From Pavona decussata (lineage: Eukaryota), in the NCBI GenBank assembly GCA_977016875.1, contig CDRNST010000051.1:5456001-5520000 (forward strand): a DNA stretch of 64,000 nt, given 5' to 3'. This document shows, one piece after another, positions 36,748 through 50,091 of this stretch. A model generated the notes under the pieces. It did not search any database and had not been told where the DNA came from. It saw only the letters and a list, made by a program, of their open reading frames with translations. The first letter of the stretch is position 1, and each line of letters opens with the position of its first letter. A program made the translations under genes and the position numbers.

Positions 36748-37809
36748 TTAATACTTTCCTTTATTGCAAAGTTAGATATTAAAAAGAATGTTTAGTCAGA
36801 TGCAGTTAAAATTTCTTGTAGCTGCCGTCGTATCTGGGTTTCAAAACCCCTTTTTTAACGAATCTGGCGTGCGTTCATTTGTTCAAGCTCCCGATTTTGT
36901 TCCAGAGAAACTATTTCACATTTTCTAACCACGAATAAAAATTGTTAATGGTACCTGTAAAAGTACGAACAGTTAAAGATTTCCACGATGGAGAAACACA
37001 TTAGGTCAGTCTATGCGAAAAACTTCCAGGAATCTGTAGAAGAGGGTATTAATGCGTTGAATCCGGTAGCTCTTCGGTTGCTGCAATAAACGCCTACCAC
37101 TGAGAACCACAAGTAATGGCTTGAAAGAATCCGGATAAAAACGTCGTTTAACTCTTGATCATGCTCTCCACATACTTGCCATACACCCACCCTTCATGCC
37201 CTTGGGTAGTTTTTTTCAATGCCCGTGCTTGGTAAGGGGTATTCTCGTCCAGTAAGATATTTAGATTTTTTGAAGGGAAAAATTTTTTTTAAGTTATTCT
37301 CATTCATTTATAACCTTTATTATCATTATTTTTTTTCTGCTGCTACTAACTTTGCGTTCCCAAGGCTTTTGCATTACTCATTGAACGCGTCTCTATTGCT
37401 CAGTAAATGTTTTTGATATTTTGGAAGTCCCGTTAACACTAATTCACGATTAAAAGTTAATCGAGGTTTTATCTCACCTGTTAAATATGTTAAAATTATT
37501 GTCAGCAGACATTTATTAGACTTTGACACAGTAAATTATAATGAATCATATACACTGTAGCTAAGTGGCCATTGCAGTCACTCCCGGTCTTGTTGTATTC
37601 TTCCTTTTGCTGTCTGTTTCCTTTCTTGCCGTCTCGGGGATTTGCTGGTCTCTTTCCTTTTGAGTTTTTGTTTAAATCCCTAAAATAAAATAATTAAAAC
37701 GAAAAATTAAAAACACTAAATCCCTAAAAATTTCATGTAGGTAAGGAAAATTGTAAACTATGGTAATGTAACTTATAAACCCTATTAATATAATGCAAAC
37801 ATATTTGCT

Positions 37810-38335
37810 TGGAATTGGAATGTTAGATAAACTTAGATACCATGTCTCTATGAATACGCTTAAACAACTATACCATACGCTCATATATCTGTATCAAAAT
37901 TACGGGTCAACGAGCTGGGGTACTGCATGCCAAACAAAATTTAAAAAGATAAAAATAAGCCATATTACTGCCTTCACTGCATCTTCTTTGCACACAAAAG
38001 AGATAATGTAACATTTTACTCTATTCGAAATCCTTAAGCTAGAGAACATTTTTAAATTGAAAATTGGTTCCCTTGTGCATAAATTACAATACAATAAAAA
38101 AACACCCCCTGCACTCCATGATCTTGTTTCCCTAGCTTCTGATATCCATAAATATAATACACGATTTCCCACCAGTCAAAACCTGTACAGACCATTTTCT
38201 TCAAACTAATTATGGTTTAGCACGGTTTAAAGTAGTGGCATCACAAACCTGGAAAACAATTCCAATGGAAGTTAGGTGTCTGCGCCACAATGTTTTTAAG
38301 AAGAAATACAAACTTTTTCTACTTGATAGCCAAAC
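37810..38335 (+). mobile_element. LINE (CR1/L2-group) RT 3'-end fragment
   Basis: GMLDKLRYHVSMNTLKQLYHTLIY...YG...WG...ILKLENIFKLKI...HKYNTRF...NYG...WKTIP...FKKKYKLFLL. Confidence 0.8.
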
Positions 38336-38509
38336 ATTAATAATATTAAAAAAATTTAACGTATACTATATACTTATAATTTGCTGTAAACACTGTTTTC
38401 CTTACTGTTGTATTTTCATCTCCTAAGCCTAATTTAATTAGCAGAGCTCTTCAACCAGTCTTATAAATTCTACTTTCCCCTATTTTATTTAATTGCACGG
38501 AGGTATTTT

Positions 38510-38856
38510 ACAATAACAGTCCAAATTCCGGCGCGCTGATTGGCCCATAGCTATTGTCTATAAAAGTACAGACAATAAAAATGACGTCAGATGTAATGCG
38601 CGTGCTTTTTCAACGAAAAAAAATTGCCAATTCCGCTCATACTTTTTCCATGTTATTGTACAAAAACAAATTGGCAGCAGTTTTCTATGGTCTATACTCT
38701 TATAGACCATAAAATGACGCCATAAAATGTTCAAAACTTGGCAGTGAAACCACTCGCCTGTGGCTCGTGGTTCCACTTGGGTTTTGAACATTGTTTGACG
38801 TCACTTCATTGTCTATAAGAGTATAGACCATAGAAAACTGCTGTCGATTTGTTAAT
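38510..38856. repeat. Interspersed repeat ending in a ~190-bp palindrome
   Basis: ACAAATTGGCAGCAGTTTTCTATGGTCTATACTCTTATAGAC...AATGTTCAAAAC pairs with GTTTTGAACATT...GTCTATAAGAGTATAGACCATAGAAAACTGCTGTCGATTTGT around the centre CCACTCGCCTGTGGCTCGTGG. Confidence 0.85.
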
Positions 38857-39124
38857 TGGCCAACACGAAAGCCTTGCTCCTTTAACCACTACGCACTTCT
38901 TCCGTAGGGGGTAAAATCATTAAATTAAGTGCTCTGCACGTTTCATTATTTCTTACTATAAAATGTATTGTATTTTGTTGTAATAAGTGTGAGTAAAATT
39001 GAATTGAATTCAATTGAATTGTCCACTTCCTTCCCTTTCCCTACATGCAGGACCCATTGAAGCAAAAACACCCACACCAGTAACTTTTCTTTATTTTGAG
39101 GTCTGCTATCACCCAGGTGGTTAA

Positions 39125-41215
39125 CCCAATGCAGTCCTGGGGCCAATATCGCGCATGACACCCCTAAAGCCGGCGATTTTCGATTCTTGCTTGCGTTACG
39201 CGAGCGTTAAATATTAACCATATGCGCAGTAAACACACACAAGATCGGGTTACAAGGCAAAGTTTATTCAAAGCACATAACTCAAAAGGCCGAAATATGC
39301 CAAAATATCGTAAGAGAAAGGCCGAAAGGGTGTTCAAAAGTGAATGTGAAAATCAAAAACCGAAAATTTAATTCGCCACGCGACATTTTCCGAAATGAAA
39401 TAAACAACGCGGACAAAAGACAGTGAAAAGAAAGCCGAATTATGCATAATTAGAAGCCAAACAAGACGGCTAATAATAACCAAATTATATTTCTTTGAGT
39501 ATTTTTCAGGATCACATAGTGGATTTTACGACAGTCGAGGACTCAGGAAATGAAGAAGTTCAACCCAAATTTGCCGCATGAAAGATCGCAAAACAATTCA
39601 CCTTGCACAAAGCCACCCCGCATTGAACGCATTCAGTGGAAGTTTCGACAGGTCGCCCAGAAGGAGTCTTAATTCCCACCCTCTTACACCTGACACATTG
39701 TCTCTTCCTACCCTTAATTTTGTCAATGAAATGCTTACCTGCATTTTCCTCCCCGAGTGAAAGGGTCTGAATTTTTTTGCGCTTTAGTGACTGCGCGGCC
39801 GAAACGCTAGATGAAAACCCCCCGATAAGTTGCTTCGCAAGCCTAGTGCTAAAATCAACCTGCTTTAATTTAGCCCTCCCTGCCCCGGTAAGAAAATGGT
39901 TCTGTAAAATAAAAGCATTACAAATTGAAACATCGATAGAGAACCAAAACAAATACTTATACCATTTCCTAGAAGAACGACCCACAGAATAATACTTACG
40001 GAATTGATTGGCGAGGTCAACTCCCCCCATATTTTCATTGTAAAGGCCGATCACAGCTGGCTTGCTGACCTGCTGATTGTGTCTTCGAATGACAACATCA
40101 AGGGTATCTGGACTTACATTTGAAGAAATAACACTGACATTCCGTTTGTCATGCCATTTCGTGAAAACTAGCTTACCTTTTTGCCTAACAACCTTTTGTG
40201 CGGGACGCAATTTTTGCCGAGCACATGGCGGCAAGTCCTTGCGATTTACCCGAACGGTCGCGCAAGCGAAAGTCTTTTGAACCCGCAAATGTTCCATCAA
40301 CCTAACTGGTCTGAAAAAATTATCGAAATATACATGGTGGTTCCTGTTCATAAAAGGGGTGATCATCTTGGTGACCACATCATAACCCAACCCATGGATG
40401 CGCTGAAGCCTGGGGTCCTTACCCAAATAAACATCAAAATTCAACACGTACCCGTTGCTTGAGTCTGCGGCGATCCAAATCTTGATCCCGTATTTCGTTG
40501 GCTTTGCCGGCATGTATTGTCGGAAAGAAAGCCTACCCCTAAATGGAATCATACCCTCATCGACTGAAAGATTTTTAGTGGGGCTAAAAGTAGTTTCACA
40601 ATTTTGCCTAACATAATTTAGCACGGGTCTTACCTTGTAGCGTTGATCATAGCCAGGATTTCCATGGGCCACTTCTTGGGTCGCATCGTTGAAATGGAGG
40701 AAACTACTTAATTCCTTAAACCTATTCTTAGGCATTACTTTCTTAATCCCTACATTACTAAAAAAATCATCAGTTGACCAGTACAGATCTAAACTGGGCA
40801 GCCTAACCATACCCATAATAATATTTACAGCAAGGAAAGCTTTTAGTTCAGCGAGCTTAACCGGTCGAAATTTAGCGAGGCGCGCAGGGAAATCGGCAAG
40901 CTTTTGGTGAGTGTAAAGGTTGGTTTCTTGCACTATTTTATTCAACAAATCTTCCCCCACAAAAGCTGAAAAGAAATCTACGGGTGTGGGGTTATCTGGA
41001 AGCTGGAACTTGATGCCGGAAGCCTCAACAAAATCGGGAATACGAAAGGGAGAAAGTTGATCGGACCACCGAAGTTCATCGGGATCTGCGTCTTCATCAC
41101 TTACCTCTTCTTCTGCGTCTTCCTCACCTTCGTTTTGATCCTCTTCGCTTTCTGACTCACTGAAATCGAGATCGAGTCACTGTTAGCATTTTGTTCGTGA
41201 TTTTCAAACCCCTCA
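39125..41215 (-). mobile_element. piggyBac element, 3' end intact, 5' end lost
   Basis: TTAA(39121-24)|CCC terminus lies downstream of the transposase stop; no matching terminus on the other side. Confidence 0.85.
39560..41215 (-). CDS. piggyBac (PGBD4-like) transposase; long open frame, N-terminus frameshifted and truncated
   Basis: SVDEGM, KPTKYGIKIW, YFDNFF, WHDKR, YNENMGGVDLANQ and a C-terminal Cys-rich domain (CVRC...CVQCGVALC...CFAIFH). The frame stays open upstream of 40960 through an acidic tract to a frameshift near 41175. Confidence 0.92.
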
Positions 41216-41329
41216 ATAGCTTTTACCAGGAAGAGGGCTGGCTTGTGCCTGTAATAGCAGGAGAGTTGACTGTATGATTGATAAAAACCCTTTAGTTCTG
41301 AGTGGCAGTGTTCAAAGATTCTCAAGTTC

Positions 41330-42139
41330 TTCAGCATTGACCCAGTCTTCACTATCAAAACACTGTGAGTCAGGCTTATCAAAGTAGTTGTCGAGTTCAT
41401 GTTCATGGAACACTGTCCTTGAGCGTAGACCTTTGTCATTCTCAATGATTTGCATTATTTCTTCCATAGCTGGAATGTCTTCAAATATTTAATTAAATAT
41501 TTCAAGAACAGCGATAGCATGCTTCTCTATAAATAATGGGAAAGTATCCATCAGGTAGTGTATGGTGGCAATGTTTTCAGCATTATTCACAAGAGCTTTC
41601 ACTAGTGGTGACGAAAATCCATGGGTGCTGACAGGATCGAACACTGACAATCCTTCAGAATCATACCGTTCTTTAAGACCCAGAAGTGCACACCTCAGGG
41701 CTTCCCTGTCCGCAGTGGTCACATCTCGATTCAATGGCGGCGTGACACATTCAGCAGAATCATCTTCATGTATTGCATTGAATGGTAGTTTGCTTCCCGC
41801 ACATGTATCCCCATCACACTTGCATTCAATTTCGCAAGTACTGCAGCAGTCGTGCATAAGAATGACAGATTCAACTCTTGGGTCAAATTGGCAATACATA
41901 ACTTTTCTAAGGCAGGTAGTGGCTCGCGCAAAATCCTTCACTCCTTATTCACAGACTGCTAGTTGTTGGCCATGATAGATGGTCACATCATACGCCTTGT
42001 CTCCATTTCGCCCAGCCCATCCTGCCTCTTGAATGTGGTCAACCAGGGTTCTTGCTGGTCCATAATGTGCAATATACTTTACATCAGGAAAATTGACCCC
42101 CATGCTAAGAGCTGACGTAGCAATCACAACCCTTATTGG
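41330..42139 (-). mobile_element. RecQ-like helicase C-terminal fragment (AcademH-type)
   Basis: IRVVIATSALSMGVNFPDVKYIAHYGPARTLVDHIQEAGWAGRNG (motifs V-VI), CLRK...HDCCSTCEIECKC Zn module. Intronless with in-frame stops. Confidence 0.75.
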
Positions 42140-42300
42140 TAAGCTATCTTTCAGTACTCTGGCTGTGACTTTATCCAGGCCGGGAGCTTTGTTTGACGGT
42201 AAAGATCTTATTATCTCCCCAACTTCTTCTTCGGTAACTGATTGAAATTCAAATAATAAGCACTGGACATCCTGAAGGCTGCTATTTATCAGACAACAGT
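42140..42300 (-). mobile_element. LINE RT N-terminal fragment
   Basis: FQSVTEEEVGEIIRSLPSNKAPGLDKVTARVLKDSLP. Confidence 0.8.
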
Positions 42301-42969
42301 TTGATTCTTGATTGAAAGGGTGAACACTTCATTTATCTTTATTTCCCTTAGTTCAACATCCGGGACTTAAGCTGATATGGAAAACACTAGGAAGAATGGG
42401 CAAGGATTTTCTCTTCAAAAAGCGTGAGTTTGAAAAGCTATTCCATTATTTTTCGCCATTATAACTGTAGCGTTGTTAGGCTAGTGACCAATTAGTCAAG
42501 AAATGAGATCTGGGGTCGGATTTCCGGACTCAATGTCATAAATACTTTCCAGATGTCATTTGGCGTGATTCGTTTCGATTTGTAAATTTACAATGAAGAC
42601 GGAAAATCAATTTAAAACGCTGTCTTGCTCCGATTAAGCCGATTCTGTTGTAGAAAGCTAGACTAGACTGCTAAAAGACCAGGTTTTAGGTGAGATTTAA
42701 GACGCGTTGGCACCATTAATAATTGCCAAATGTTGCACTTGAGTTGTCTACACATAGGCCATGTTTCATGTCAGGTCAAATGTCAGTGCTAGTGTCATGT
42801 CCAATTTCAAAGACAAGCCTTCTATACCAGGTCTACAGTATTCTTTGACCTTGCTTTCTTGTGATGAGCCCTAATTAAAGTCTTGTTCTGGACTAGCATA
42901 TACCATCAGCCTAGAAAGTCTCAAAATGAGGTTAATTTCTGAGGGTATGTTCTTACAAATCCAGACAGA

Positions 42970-43214
42970 GATGTGTTGCATTTAATATCATTTAAGTGAG
43001 TCCAGTTTAAGAACTGTGAAAGGGCAAGTTTGAAATTATCACTTTGTTCATTGACAGTAATCAGCTGACTAGAATCGTCGGCAAACTTGATCAAGAATAC
43101 ATTGTCAAGACCGGTTGGGTGCAAATCGTTTAAGAAGACATGAAAAAGGTATGGCCCACCAACGCTTCCCTGTGTTGTCCCTTTATTGACTTCTCTCCAC
43201 TCACAGTGGTTCAT
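42970..43214 (-). mobile_element. LINE RT core fragment
   Basis: KGTTQGSVGGPYLFHVFLNDL...KFADDS. Confidence 0.88.
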
Positions 43215-43654
43215 TTTCAGTGAAAGTCATCGCCATAATTTAAAACAAAGTGATTATCTTTGTAAACGCACATACATAAATTCCTGCTCCCTGCATGCAG
43301 ATGGCCGTATCCATTTCACCTGCCAATCCTGAAGTGGATGCTTGCATGCAACTTGAAAAAAACAGAGAATTTAAAGTTACTTAGCATTATATATCCGCTT
43401 GCGCAGGTTACTGCCAATTCCTTTGGTCTATGGTTTGAACCTTCTGGATTGCTTTGAACAGTATTTGGCGCCATGTGATTCCTCTGAGTCCTTTTCAACT
43501 TTCTCCAACAATTTCATGTGGTGCCCTACGAGTTTCAATCCACAGGCTTCTAGCTTCCTTAGTGCCTTTAGTTGCCAGCAAAGCTACACCTGTCCCGTTT
43601 ATTATTTGTTCCGTTTAACAAAGGAAATATTTAAATGTAACGATAACAGAAGTT

Positions 43655-44752
43655 GTTGTGCGATGAAGCGGCTTCTTAACGATTGACTCTAAAGGCTTGT
43701 GATCAGTGTAGATGATAGTCCATCTACCAAACCTGTAATCATTGAACTTCTTCACTGAGAAAACAATCGCTAGCTTTTGTTTCTCAATCTGTGCATAGCG
43801 TGATTTAACTTCTGTCAAGGCTCTACTAGCGTAGGCAATGGGATGCCCGTTTTGCATTAAGGCTGCTCCCAGACCACTTTGACTGCTATCACGCTGGATT
43901 TCAAGCACTTCACCGGACCTGTAGTATGCCAAAACGGGTGCAGATACAATGAGACTCTTGACATCATTCCATGGTTTTTCTTGCAGGTCATCCCAACACC
44001 TCGATTTGACTTGATCAACGCTGTCAACCGGCTCAGAGAGCGACTTCATTCGCATCGTGGTAACCTCTTTGTTCCGACGTACATCAACGCATTTATTCAA
44101 GGTAAGGTCTCTTATCCTAGGAAGCTTTTTAGTGGTTTCCTTGCTTTTGATTCCCAGTACGATACGATTACGTATGAGACTGTCACGCAATCGCAAAAAT
44201 TGCAAGTCTTTGCCAAGGTCTTCAGTTCAACAACGAAATTGTCAACCATTTCTGTTGGAGGCTTGTCCTTCTTGTTGAAACATTATCTCATAAATTTCGT
44301 TTACTTCACCAATGCAATGCCTTTCCATCTTGCCCATCACTACACGCCAGTCGTTTGCATTCTCCTCTTCGGAATAACTGAAAGTTTTGATCACCTTGAG
44401 ACTATCGTTGCCGATTGCGTGCTTGAACATTGCGAGCTGATACTCTGGACTTTCCCTATCTAATCGAGAAATGACAAAATAATTGTTGTACTTCTCTTTC
44501 CACAACTTCCAATTCTCAGTGATTTCTCCTGTAGTGCTCAAATCTAAATGCTGGGGCGGCAAGATCTGGTGAAACATTGTCGATTGCGACGTTTGAGGCT
44601 GAGCCGTTGCACCGAGGCTTGAACCGGAATTTCCTTCATCTCCTGGCATCGTGGACGGTTTACGTTGTCGACAAAGAACACAGAGTTAAACACAATCTGC
44701 CACCACGTTATAACAGCACAGGGAAAAGTTGTAAACTCGGAAGAAAAGCCTT
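43655..44752 (-). mobile_element. Gypsy LTR retrotransposon remnant: LTR end, PBS-like site, gag fused by deletion to RT connection/RNase H
   Basis: ...GTTATAACG|TGGTGGCAG (tRNA-Leu-like PBS, ~44705-44692). Gag: ENWKLWKEKYNNY...HCIGEVNEIYE...LIRNRIVLGI. Then APVLAYY...DSSQSGLGAALMQNGHPIAYASRALT...YAQIEK...TDHKPL. Confidence 0.88.
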
Positions 44753-44756
44753 TTAA

Positions 44757-47700
44757 GAGCGACTGCCTGTAAGGATCGAGAATTCGCCGTCAACGACCAA
44801 TTTGGCGAATCGCTCATATTCGGTCCAAAAATACCCTTTGGTGAACTATTTTCAAAAATCATATTCAAAAGTTCCAACGACTTTTTAATTTTGAGAGATT
44901 CGCAAAAATTTGAAAATGCGGTCAAAGTGCGGTTTTTCGGCCAACTGAAGGTTCAAAATAAGGTGCGCGGACGAAGCACTGCCAAATGCTTAAACTTACT
45001 TCAGTTGAAGTCAAACTTTACACAAACTATGAACAACTATTCTTGTTTATTGTCCACTACTAAACATTTTCAAATCTATTCATTTTGTGATTCTAGCAAG
45101 CACGTTAAAACCACCTTTGTAGAGCGCTAAAAATAGCGGCAAAATATAGGTAATATTTAACGGCACAAAAGTGTTCCTGGTACCTCAGTTTTCGATAATT
45201 TTACTTTACAGCCTTAACATATAGTTATTAAACATTCACCATGCCAAGTTTCAAGCTCGGACTCGCAACGCTTCCCTCTGAGAAAATCGGAGAACGTTTG
45301 CAATGTGTTCGGCTCAAATAACACAAGATTTAACGACAAAATGGAAGCTAATTAACTCGAATTAGGCCAAAATCCAAAAAATAGACTTCAGTCTTCTTAA
45401 TTTGTCACTTGACGTTAAAAAACTTTTGTCATCGTGTAAAATAAGCATATCCTGAGGTTTTTTTTATCCTAGAAAAGCAAATTGGAGCTGGATATCCCGC
45501 CATGTTTACCACGATTAGTTATTCACCTTGCCGACTTCCCTGTTGTCGACAAGTATTGCTTACATTTGGGCTTACATTTCAAAGGAAACAAATGCTGTGA
45601 ATTGTTACGGGCTTTAATTAAAGTCTTAGAGAAACGTCTTAATTTGTTAGGACACGAAATAAGCTTACATTTTAAGCCATACAGTGTATTTTACTTGACC
45701 TACATGAAATGCCTGTGAGCAAGCGCTTGAAGTCGTACGCGTGTAATTTGAAAAGGAAGATAAATTACAAATAAACAAACAATTTGCCGACTCCTCAAAA
45801 CGTCAGGATGTCAAGAGATTTATTCATGGATAAATATCCCAGTTCAGGAAAAAAGAAACGCCTGTTTTATAAGCTTAATATTTGTAGCAATTTCAAAACT
45901 GATAACTCCTGTCTACGAGTAGAAAGTAAAACAAATACATTTAGCATTGATTATTGAAAGAGTTAAATGAAACATACCCATTCTTTCTATTCCTTCCTCT
46001 TTAATGCTGCACCACCAAGTTTCTACAAATGCCATACATTTGCTTAATCAGCAGAGGTTATTAACTGAATCCATTTTCTCACAGCACACGCATCCAAGAC
46101 CATTGAGCATCCGTTCAAAACATCTTTCAAAACTCCGGTGACGTGTCACGCAACCCCAAGTTCAACCTAACTATACCAGAAACTGTTTCAGAATTCGCAC
46201 CCTGAGTAGCTGCAGATATCACCTATACTACGTTTTCACACTAATTCTCCCACAGTTGACAAAAACTGAACATCAGAAATTACCTAATCAATTCATCTAG
46301 AACATTCCAGAACACTTACGTCATTGTCCAAACACTCCAGATTATTTTTAGAATCTAAATGTCTGTCATTTCCCGGAGTTAGCAATCTGTAGTGTTACTA
46401 AAAACAGGTTTCCAATACATCAAGGGGTGCTAATATATTGGGTTTAATTGCTTAGCACTTTTTCAATCAGTTTTTCGAAGGAGATCAACCAAGGCAGACA
46501 AAAATTCCAGGGTGATTATTCTCCGGCATTTTCAAAGTAATGTGAGTAATGGCTCTTTGCAGCTATATTGCGCTACTCAGTCAGACTACTCTGTGCGGAC
46601 AATTTAGTGATTACCCTGGTCATTTTGAATGTGTCGCTCTCACGGATTGTACGAAAGATATCACAGGACACTTAGCGAGTCTTAAACTTAGTACCGATGA
46701 GGGCATAGGACTGAACTAAAATGAAGTTGCTGTTAGCTAGAGCTGGTGAGTACTTTTGTAATAGCACAAACATAAAGGCTTCCTGTGTTTGTTTTCCATC
46801 TCACTTGGTAGAGATAATTTTTTCTAAGTTCCCAAAAAATGTTTTAAGGTGATTTTCACAGTGGAACAAAGGTATCATACCTTAAACATTTGCCCACGCC
46901 AAAGGGCCGACTTTGGCATTCGTTGCAGCGTGTGTGTGAAGACCTGGGCCTCAGTATTGCTCCCTCACCCGTCCACAAAAAGGCCCCATACCTGGCTCTT
47001 CTAGAGGACATTACTAGCAAGTGCAAGTGCGGAAGTAATCCAATAAGAACTGCAGGCCCGTAGCAAGGTTAAAACAACTAGGAGGGGGGGGGGGGGCAAG
47101 CAAATTGGTTAAACAAAGCTACACCCCCCACACCTCCGTCAGTCAAAAAACAGACCATGTAGGGAGTTTAAGATGCAACGAGAATAACAAAAGAAGGAGT
47201 AGATTTACTAAGCAAAACAATAACTTTGCACCTGCATCACACTTTTTGCTATTTCTTTGCCGTCACTGTACGCAGACTACCACGTGAAATTGCCTAATTT
47301 CACGTTTGAGTCTTTGAAGGAGGACGTAAAAAGACGACGACAAATTTTCCTTCCTTTTTTACTGATTAAAGTGAACTTAGTAATCGGGCAGTAGGAATCC
47401 GTCCTCAGGAGATTAGCCTTGAATGAAAAATATATATACATATATAAAATAGCGAGCTGGAATTATCGCGATGAAGTTTAAAAGAACGCGAATATTCTCT
47501 TTATAGATAATGTTTTCGCTACCACCACCGTCGTCTTATCTTTAACTCCTTACTAACAAATACATATCGGTCATAAGGATTTTGGTTCTTATTTCCGATT
47601 CACAAGGAAGGAATGCGTTTGTTGCTATGTAAAAACCAAACGCTAGCAGAGGAAACTGTCAGGTAATAAACAAATTATTAAAGGTTGTGAAAAGGCACTT

Positions 47701-50091
47701 GCAGCGCAAGAATAGTCCTGTTTCGAATTCACGAGGACGGCTGGATAAAAAGACAAAAGACACATTTGTACAGGGTTAGCCTCAACCTAAAGCAAAATAT
47801 TCACAAATTTTAGAAAGAAAGTGCTGAATCCTAAAATAAAACAAGACACAGAATTGTTAAGAGTTCTTCTTCTCACTGGTATTTGTGAATATTTTACTTC
47901 AGATTGTGGATAACCCTAGCGGTCTCGGTGAATTCGAAACTGGATTAGTCAAGATTAATTGTTGCACATTATCTTTTTTTTTAATTAGTTATTTTTTGAC
48001 ATATTGTTTTTGTTGTTGTTGTTGGTTTTTTTTTTTTTACACTTTCAAAAATTCTGGGGGGTGGGGGAAAGGGGCTCAAGCCCCCCCCCCCCCCCCCCGG
48101 TCACTCCCCCTGCTATATGGAACTAGGGATGGCAGGAGCCCATTGTAATGGGCTCCTGGGGATGGGTATTATATTTTTTCAGAGTTTCGGGAGGATGGCT
48201 AATTTCTATTGGTCTCAATTTATGACAAGAAAAAAATCCTACATAGATTTAAAAGATTTCTACGTAGTTGTCAGTTTTGGAGAAAAATTCTTACACAAAA
48301 AATTATCTTCCTTCCTTCCCCACTCAGAAATATAAATTCCAGTCTCGTCAACACTAGTCGTTTCGGATATTATTTTGCTTGATTTAGTTTAGATGTTACT
48401 AAGGTTGAAGTAATTAAATAAGTATGGTTTAGATAATGTCAGTACCTAACCCGATGGTTTGGTGTTGCGTGACTTAGAAAGATCACAATCTCGATTGCGG
48501 CTAACATGACCGCGTGACTATATTTATCCTACGTTTACCGCTCAATGTCTTCAATTTCGCAGAACAATTGAGTTGCTTGCATTAGCATCAAAGGCCACAA
48601 TTATTTTGCACTATTCTCATCTATGTACTCATTTTTTTTTTCGAGAAAACATAAACGCGGAATCTCACGCTTTGTCATTTGCCGCAAACGCGATTCTAAG
48701 CTCAAGCAACTATTTTCAACCCGAAGATTTAATAGGAAAGCAGGTGATACAGACTATGAAGAAAAATGATGTGGATTCAATTGGCATCTGATGCTTATAA
48801 TAGTTGTATGGTTTCAGTGGTGTGGAATCAAAAGTGGATTCATGGTTTGGGTATGTGCTTATTTTTTGTGAGGACTTCAAACGATAAGCTTAATTTAAGC
48901 GATAAATCTGCTACCATTAATTGTTGCGGATCGGACAAGTTCACCTCTTGTTTCTTACTTATTTAATGGCATTTGTGTTCGCAATTGCTATTACAATGTA
49001 ACTCTGTCATTTTGATTATTTGAAAAAGCATTAGCAAACCTTTTTACATCTCTCAACTGAGAAGCAAGGAATTGCAAGTTTACATTAGCACTCAACGTAA
49101 GAATACCTCGAATATTAAAATGGTTCATGGTTCCAAGCGATTTCATGTCGATCTTACAGTTTTCAAAATGTTTATTCTTATACAGTATCCCACTATTCCT
49201 CTTACCTAAAGAATTCAGCAAGTTTTTTTAGAAAACCAAGCAGCTAAGGATTCATGACATCTCTTAGATTTGATCTGTCAAAAGTGCTTGCGGACAACTC
49301 TCACAGTACAAGTAAACAAAAGGCAAAAGCCGCCGAAGTAAAAGAGCACAGATTTTCATTTCAAATTTAGATTCTCGATAGGCCATAACACCTCTGTGGC
49401 CGTTGCCTTGCATGATAGTAGACATATCTTCAGGGTCAAAGCACAAATTAACAAGACTTAAGTTTTATTTTTTAGATTTTGGCCTTATTCGAGTTAATTA
49501 GCTTCGATTTTGTCGATAATCTTGTGTTGTTTGAGCCGAACACATTGCAAACGTTCTCCGATTTTCTCAGAGGGAAGCGTTGCGAGTCCGAGCTTGAAAC
49601 TTGGCATGGTGAATGTTTAATAACTATATGTTAAGGCTGTAAAGTAAAATTATCGAAAACTGAGGTACCAGGAACACTTTTGTGCCGTTAAATATTACCA
49701 AAATTTCGCCGCCATTTTTAGCGCTCTACAAAGGTGGTTTTAAAGTGCTCGCTAGAATCACAAAATGAATAGATTTGAAAATGTTTAGTAGTGGACAATA
49801 AACAAGAATAGTTGTTCATAGTTTGTGTAAAGTTTGACTTCAACTGAAGTAAGTTTAAGCATTTGGCAGTGCTTCGTCTGCGCACCTTATTTTGAACCTT
49901 CAGTTGGCCGAAAAACCGCACTTTGACCGCATTTTCAAATTTTTGCGAATCTCTCAAAATTAAAAAGTCGTTGGAACTTTTAAATATGATTTTTGAAAAT
50001 AGTTCACCAAAGGGTATTTTTGGACCGAATATGAGCGATTCGCCAAATTGGTCGTTGATGGCGAATTCTCGATCCTTACAGGCAGCCGCTC
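44757..50091. mobile_element. Non-autonomous Sola3-type element, 5335 bp, ~650-bp TIRs, TTAA target-site duplication
   Basis: TTAA(44753-56)|GAGCGACTGCCTGTAAGGATCGAGAATTCGCC ... GGCGAATTCTCGATCCTTACAGGCAGCCGCTC|TTAA(50092-95). TIRs ~44757-45406 and ~49443-50091. No transposase motifs recognised inside. Confidence 0.88.
47160..47552. mobile_element. ~390-bp MITE nested in the Sola3-type element
   Basis: Ends TAGGGAGTTTAAGAT and ATCTTTAACTCCTTA are imperfect inverted repeats. Confidence 0.6.

Noticed and set aside
15951-41215. Domesticated host genes HARBI1, PGBD4, RecQ or G2E3
   Set aside because: Stops, frameshifts, TE termini and truncations indicate transposon copies, so no gene symbols were assigned.
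43879-44463. 194-aa plus-strand ORF
   Set aside because: Antisense shadow of Gypsy gag/RNase H with no recognisable motif.
46145-46400. Possible solo LTR starting TGTCACGCAACCCC
   Set aside because: No clear CA end, TSD or second copy, so it cannot be supported.
44891-49957. Duplicated small ORFs 44891..45130 and 49718..49957
   Set aside because: Mirror translations of the second element's TIRs.
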